Virus record (IMG/VR): IMGVR_UViG_3300027861_000006
Coordinates: 1 to 38,629 of that record
Source of the DNA: a virus
Length of the DNA stretch: 38,629 nt
Strand: one strand, 5' to 3'
The stretch's first letter is position 1; each line of letters opens with the position of its first letter. The notes beneath the pieces are model-generated. The model was given only the letters and a program-made list of their open reading frames with translations. It ran no database searches and had not been told where the DNA came from. Position numbers and translations under genes: made by a program. Below, piece after piece: positions 33,895 through 38,629 of this stretch.

Positions 33895-35115
33895 ATGTCA
33901 CAAGCAAGTAGAGGGGCAGCATTAAGCTATATCGCCCAAGCAGTACCAAGGGTAACACAAGATGTTATTGGCAAGGTACAGGCAGGCAGAGACCGTAAAG
34001 AGGACATGAAGGATAAGGAACTTGAAAGAAAACTGTCTCAAGGCCGACTTGATGCAATGGGACGGCAAGCCACTATAGACGAGCAAAACATAGATACAGG
34101 CGATCGCAAAGCAGAGCAACGTAAAAAAGCATCTGACCTTAACACGAAAATTCAAGCCGACATTTTTGCAGAAGAAATAAAAGTTAATAAGAAAAAAGCT
34201 CTCGATACTGAGCTTGGAAAAATGTCGAAAGAGAAGCTGCAGGTTGAATATGGAGCGGACAATTTAGCGCAAGCCAAAGAATTAGCTTACACAGAAATCG
34301 ATCTGCCTACAGGTGCAACAAAAGAAGATATTGTTAAAAAGTATCGCAATGAAATAGAAGCGCTACAATTTACTGACCCTACTATGCAAGGGCGTATGGC
34401 AGGGATAACCCAAAGGACCAAGAGGGCAGAAAAAAAGGAAGATATTGAAGGTGAAAAATTATTTAGTCAGGGTGAAGGTGCGGTTGATTATGCTAGATCT
34501 GTAGAGTCTCGAGAGGATAAGCAAGAGTTTGAGAGTAGTCAACTGAATAAACGACTTTCTGCACAAGAGAGAATGAAAAAGATAACCAGTGGAGAAGCTG
34601 ACGCTGAAACTAGCGACATACCAGATTTAAAGCCGATTAGTAATATTGCCATTACAAAAGATTCTGTTAAGAGGGTAAAAGAGGCTTATCCTATGATTAA
34701 AGGTGTCTCAAACGAGATCAACGGGCTAAAAGACCTGTACAACAAGGTAGGGATTGAATTAGTTGGTGCTGATGCTGCAAGGTTAAAGTCAAAAGTAAGG
34801 AAAATTCAGCTACAGTTGAAATCGAAAGCCTTTCTCGACCTTGGTGTTCTTAACGGTCCCGATTTAGACTTGCTTGAAGAGGTAGTGCCTGATCCATCAA
34901 CCTTGAAAGCAGGCGCAAAAAAAGCAGCTTTCGGAAAAGTGTTTGAAGGGCAGTTAGGCGAGCTACTTGATTTTGTCGACAGTAGGGGCGAGATGTTCTA
35001 CAGAGCAAATGGTTTTGAGGCTGACAACAAAGGTGTTACGGGGCAAGCGTTCAACTCTACGCCTGTTCAATCAGGAATGTCAGATGATGATTTCAACGCA
35101 GCGTGGGGAGAATAA
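33895..35115 (+). CDS. K/E-rich helical 406-aa protein; internal virion protein candidate
   Basis: Position and composition only. Confidence 0.5.
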   Translation: MSQASRGAALSYIAQAVPRVTQDVIGKVQAGRDRKEDMKDKELERKLSQGRLDAMGRQATIDEQNIDTGDRKAEQRKKASDLNTKIQADIFAEEIKVNKKKALDTELGKMSKEKLQVEYGADNLAQAKELAYTEIDLPTGATKEDIVKKYRNEIEALQFTDPTMQGRMAGITQRTKRAEKKEDIEGEKLFSQGEGAVDYARSVESREDKQEFESSQLNKRLSAQERMKKITSGEADAETSDIPDLKPISNIAITKDSVKRVKEAYPMIKGVSNEINGLKDLYNKVGIELVGADAARLKSKVRKIQLQLKSKAFLDLGVLNGPDLDLLEEVVPDPSTLKAGAKKAAFGKVFEGQLGELLDFVDSRGEMFYRANGFEADNKGVTGQAFNSTPVQSGMSDDDFNAAWGE

Positions 35116-35117
35116 CA

Positions 35118-37853
35118 ATGCCTACACAGCAAGAATTTATTGCAAAAGCTAAACAAATGGGTAAAAGTAAAGAGGAAACTCTTGCTAAAATGCGTGAGCT
35201 GGAAGGTAGAGGGTATTTTGATACCCCCGAACCCCAAGACCTAACCCCCGAACCTATTGAGCGTGAAGAGTCTGTACCATTGGTAAAGCAGGCTATTAGT
35301 GCAATTAGCAAAGGTGCTACTGCTACAGGTAAGTTTTTAGGCGGCTCTATCGCTCACCCAATCGAAACAAGTAAAGGGCTTGTAAAAGGCATAGGTGAAG
35401 CAGGAGTTGGCGATATTGGGCGGGGTACTGCTGCAATGCTAGGCTCGGTTATACCCGGTGAAGATCGTTTTGAAAAAAGAGCAAGAGATTATAAAGACAA
35501 AGAGTTTTTTCCTGCAAGTGGTGAAGTTCAAGAAAGAGCGAAGCCTGTAGGTCAATTTGGCGCTAAAATGGGTGCAGGTGCTGCATTAGCCTCTACCTTA
35601 CCCGCAACTGCCCCCGCTGCCGCTGTAGCTTTGGGCGGTGGAGCATTGGCGAATGTTCCGTTTTTACCTCAAGCTTTTACAGAAGGTGGTGCAGAGGGCG
35701 CAATTAAAGACATTGCATTAAACACAGCTATCGATTTAGCCACTTTTGGAGCAGGAAAAGCTATTCCGGGGATTAAAGCTGCTTTACTTAAAAAAGGCGT
35801 AAAAGGGCTTGAAGCTGATAGGATTGCAAAAGAGGCTTTTGAAAGAGCCACAAAATTACCAAGTGCAAAAACGGTAAAAACCACCGCTGGAAAGGGTTTT
35901 AAGCTAGCACCTGACACCCCTGTTAAAGATGGTGTAGAGCAAGTTGGAGAGGATATTTTAAAGAGTTCAGCACCCGAGAAAACCCTTGGAGAAAAGACAT
36001 TAGGTCGCATCTCCGAGTCAGACAGGTCTATTTTATCAGAGCCATTATTAAAAACTGAAACACCGTATAATGAATATGCTCAACTAGCAGAGTCAGCCGT
36101 TAAAAACCCTAGAAACCCAACCCCAATGGATGTCGCGGGTCGTAGAGGTTCAGAGGCTCTTGATATAATTGACGAGAAACTATCCTCTGTTGGCGCTAGA
36201 AAGCAAGAGCTAATGGATAGGGCGGTGAATAAGACTATTAATGTTGAATCTACCCAAAAGCGTTTTAATGACTTAATTGAGGACAGGTTGGGCTTAGAAG
36301 TAACCGAAAAGGGCGCTTTAAAAGGGGCGGGTCGTGCGCCAACCGAAAAGAAACTTATAGAAGAGGTTAATGACCTTTTAAGGTCTGTAAAAGGCGAGGT
36401 AACTATAAAGGATGCCGATAATATCAAGGCAGCATTAAGAGACATTGTAGACGCTCCTAAGTCGTTTCAAGTACAGCCTAGAAAAACTATAACCGAGTCC
36501 ATTGTAAATACTGTTAGAAAAGATATTGATGATAAACTTATTCAACAAATTGGCCCTGAATTTAGAAAGGTAAATAAGGAATATGCTGACGCTATTGATT
36601 TAAGTAGTTTTCTGAATAAGAAATTAGGGGCTGTTACTGACAAAGGCACAGGTCAGAGGATAATGGGTGCTTCTCTTCTTAAATCATCTCTACAAAGTAA
36701 CTCAGATAGAGGTTCTAAGGCTTTATTTGACAGAGTAAAAAAAGAGACAGGTATTGACCTTATAAAAGATGCTAAATATGCGGAAATAGCTATGCAGGCG
36801 GTGGGTGATGCTAGAATTAAGAATTTACTTGAAGAGGTTGGGGTTAAGTTACCGGGTAAAGCGGGGGCTATACAAGAGTTAGGTTCAAAAGCTTTAGATA
36901 TAGCAAGACCCGACAGGTTAAGTGAAACCGTTAAGTTTTTCAATAAACAACAGCAAAAGCGTAGCGGAGATGTGTTGGGAAAAGCTGCTTTGCCTGCTCC
37001 TCCACCTTTTAGGCTTCCTAATCCACTTGGGAACCAGAGGGGGGCTGTTGATATTGGGACTAATATTAAAAATATTGAGAGAGAGGCAAAAAAATTCAAG
37101 ACGCCAAGAGAGTTTATTAATGCACAAAAAAAAGACTTTCATGGTACTAGTCAGAAGTTTGATATTTTTGATGCTAGTCAGCTAAATAAATCAACAAACA
37201 CTTTAGCAGGCAAAGAAGGGTTTTGGTTTACCAGTTCGGCAAAAGAGGCAGGTGATTATGCGCAGCTCTCAGGAAAGAGACTAGCTAAAGACGAAGTTGC
37301 CTTTGAGGCAATGAGTAAAAGGTTAGCAAAATCCCTAGAAAATGCAGAAAAGGCAAGGGATTTTGATCTTGTAGATAATATTACTGCTCAAATAGAAAAG
37401 CATGAGGCATCCTTGTTTTTAGAAAAACCAGAGAGTTTTGTAAAAGATGCTTTTCTTGTAACTAAAAAGCCTAAAATTGTTAATATGGATGGTAAAAACA
37501 GCACGCAGGGAGCTTTGTCTGAAATAATATCTAAAGCAAAAAAAGGGGGGCATGATAGTGTTGTTTTTAAAAACATATCAGATAATCCAGTAGATGCAAG
37601 AGTTAAAACTGACCAAACAATAGTGTTTTCTCCTGACCAAATTAAAACGGAAAAAGAACTGTCAGATATTTGGAACAATGCTCAACGCACAGGAAGCGCA
37701 GGTAACATAAGAATGAACGCAATGCTCCCCGCAACAGGATTAGCAGGAGCAGGAGTACTAACAGCAGGGCTCAAAGTCGAACAAGGCAAGAAAAAGCAAC
37801 AATTAACAAGAGAACAAATGCAGAAACTAGCGCAATCAAGAAGAGGTAATTAA
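35118..37853 (+). CDS. Large (911-aa) ejection/internal-core-type protein with a C-terminal ART-like domain
   Basis: ATG 35118 after GGGGAG. Largest gene, in the gp16-like position. A/G-rich hydrophobic patches. C-terminal FHGT...FDIFD ... GFWFTSS..A.DYA ... GHDSVVF ... TIVFSPDQIK. Confidence 0.6.
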   Translation: MPTQQEFIAKAKQMGKSKEETLAKMRELEGRGYFDTPEPQDLTPEPIEREESVPLVKQAISAISKGATATGKFLGGSIAHPIETSKGLVKGIGEAGVGDIGRGTAAMLGSVIPGEDRFEKRARDYKDKEFFPASGEVQERAKPVGQFGAKMGAGAALASTLPATAPAAAVALGGGALANVPFLPQAFTEGGAEGAIKDIALNTAIDLATFGAGKAIPGIKAALLKKGVKGLEADRIAKEAFERATKLPSAKTVKTTAGKGFKLAPDTPVKDGVEQVGEDILKSSAPEKTLGEKTLGRISESDRSILSEPLLKTETPYNEYAQLAESAVKNPRNPTPMDVAGRRGSEALDIIDEKLSSVGARKQELMDRAVNKTINVESTQKRFNDLIEDRLGLEVTEKGALKGAGRAPTEKKLIEEVNDLLRSVKGEVTIKDADNIKAALRDIVDAPKSFQVQPRKTITESIVNTVRKDIDDKLIQQIGPEFRKVNKEYADAIDLSSFLNKKLGAVTDKGTGQRIMGASLLKSSLQSNSDRGSKALFDRVKKETGIDLIKDAKYAEIAMQAVGDARIKNLLEEVGVKLPGKAGAIQELGSKALDIARPDRLSETVKFFNKQQQKRSGDVLGKAALPAPPPFRLPNPLGNQRGAVDIGTNIKNIEREAKKFKTPREFINAQKKDFHGTSQKFDIFDASQLNKSTNTLAGKEGFWFTSSAKEAGDYAQLSGKRLAKDEVAFEAMSKRLAKSLENAEKARDFDLVDNITAQIEKHEASLFLEKPESFVKDAFLVTKKPKIVNMDGKNSTQGALSEIISKAKKGGHDSVVFKNISDNPVDARVKTDQTIVFSPDQIKTEKELSDIWNNAQRTGSAGNIRMNAMLPATGLAGAGVLTAGLKVEQGKKKQQLTREQMQKLAQSRRGN

Positions 37854-38254
37854 TGAAAACTTACATAACTTTCCACTACAACGACCTAGGAAGATCAAAT
37901 CTTGTAATTTACAAAGATGGGGAAAAAATCAACTCCTTTCCTGCAAGAACTGGTTCTGTGCACGAAGCCCTTTGTAATCCTATCAAACAAGGCGTTTGGT
38001 ACATAAAAACCCCTCACGAAAAAACCACCGAAAAAGGAATGATGATTGAAGGGTTTAATATTTCTTGGAAAACTAGATTGTATAATTCTGAAAAAGAATA
38101 CACCCGTTACCTAATTCACCCCGATGGAAATAAACCCGGCTCTTTAGGCTGTATAGTTACCCCCGGCATGGAATTAGAGCTAAGAGACCTTATAGATAGC
38201 CTTTTAAAAGAAGTGGACGAAATACCCGTTTACGTGAATGTGAGCCCAAGATGA
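37853..38254 (+). CDS. L,D-transpeptidase-fold (Tlde1/DUF2778-like) peptidoglycan enzyme; endolysin candidate
   Basis: LIHPDGNKPGSLGCIV resembles a shortened YkuD H...S.GC motif. FPARTGS...NPIKQGVWYI also fits the family (from memory). TAATG coupling to the upstream gene. Confidence 0.55.
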   Translation: MKTYITFHYNDLGRSNLVIYKDGEKINSFPARTGSVHEALCNPIKQGVWYIKTPHEKTTEKGMMIEGFNISWKTRLYNSEKEYTRYLIHPDGNKPGSLGCIVTPGMELELRDLIDSLLKEVDEIPVYVNVSPR

Positions 38255-38629
38255 ACCAAGCGTTAAAGCAAGATCCAACAAAGTTATATGTCGCTTTCCA
38301 CAGAGGTGGCAAAAGTGACCTGAAAACAAGGCTAGTGTCTGCAATGTGTAAGATTTTTACCAATAGCGATTATCGAGAAGGGAAAAAACTAGGAATTAAC
38401 GACACTCGTTTTGCACACACAGAATTAATCTTCCCTAGATCTATTGCAGAAGATAAAAGGTGCTACTCTTCAAGAGGTACTGACGACCCAAGCGGTGTGA
38501 GCTTTAAGGACATAAAATTTTCTCACCCTGAAAGATGGACTTTTGTTGAAATTAAATGGATTAAAAATTATGAGGATATTCTTGCAACATACAATACATC
38601 AAAAAAGTATGTCGGCTGCAGGTATGCTT
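38251..38629 (+). CDS. 5' part of the junction-spanning permuted NlpC/P60 (YiiX/C92-like) ORF (continues at 83-261; 185 aa in total)
   Basis: ATGA overlap with the upstream stop. Runs off the window end in phase with position 1. Confidence 0.5.
   Translation, partial: MNQALKQDPTKLYVAFHRGGKSDLKTRLVSAMCKIFTNSDYREGKKLGINDTRFAHTELIFPRSIAEDKRCYSSRGTDDPSGVSFKDIKFSHPERWTFVEIKWIKNYEDILATYNTSKKYVGCRYA
38548..38629 (+). repeat. Right copy of the 82-nt exact terminal overlap
   Basis: Identical to 1-82. 38548 is in codon phase with position 1. Confidence 0.95.

Larger units (their letters stand above)
1..38629. mobile_element. Complete tailed dsDNA bacteriophage genome (podovirus-like, T7-type virion gene order); closed-circle or terminally redundant assembly, unit length 38,547 bp
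   Basis: Terminase, portal, scaffold-like, capsid, gp12-like nozzle, fibre, ejection-type and lysis genes plus DnaB/RecT/SSB/RusA. nt 1-82 are identical to nt 38548-38629 and an ORF crosses the junction in frame. Confidence 0.85.

Noticed and set aside
35669-37678. Minus-strand ORFs inside the 911-aa gene (35669-36010, 36080-36445, 36653-37099, 36918-37142, 37388-37678) and plus-strand ORF 36922-37185
   Set aside because: Shadow or out-of-frame ORFs within a long continuous plus-strand CDS. They have serine/leucine-rich low-complexity translations.

Overview
The window is one complete tailed-phage genome. Its first 82 nt are identical to its last 82 nt, giving a unit length of 38,547 bp. One ORF reads in frame through that junction, so the contig is either a closed circle or a terminally redundant/permuted genome. 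By eye it is AT-rich, with strong Shine-Dalgarno sites (AAGGAGG/GGAGG) and frequent TTG/GTG starts.

There are two convergent arms.

(i) A minus-strand early arm (16198->4216) carries a replisome organizer, DnaB, RecT, a PD-(D/E)XK exonuclease, RusA and SSB. It also carries a 16-unit pentapeptide-repeat protein and many small Cys-rich or membrane ORFs.

(ii) A plus-strand arm runs 16609->38629->1->4241. In order it contains:
- three small genes
- an 860-bp ORF-free, highly structured island (17213-18074)
- a T7-type virion module (portal, scaffold-like, capsid, gp12-like nozzle, fibre, ejection-type proteins)
- a lysis block (Tlde1/L,D-transpeptidase-fold protein, permuted NlpC/P60-like protein, TM/coiled-coil protein)
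- a secreted beta-helix protein
- TerS-like and TerL genes

I found no integrase, repressor, DNA or RNA polymerase, tRNA or CRISPR array.

All family names rest on motifs recognised by eye and from memory; no search was run.

Most worth a second look:
- the non-coding island, which may hold a structured RNA with alternative terminator pairing, a possible origin, and a 3-copy promoter-like element
- six Sec-signal-bearing proteins, four of them inside the virion module
- a small sulfotransferase among the ejection-protein genes, next to an Asp-Tyr-rich, Q-rich protein
- an ART-like C-terminal domain on the 911-aa ejection-type protein
- the near-perfect pentapeptide-repeat array
- the unusual two-enzyme lysis block
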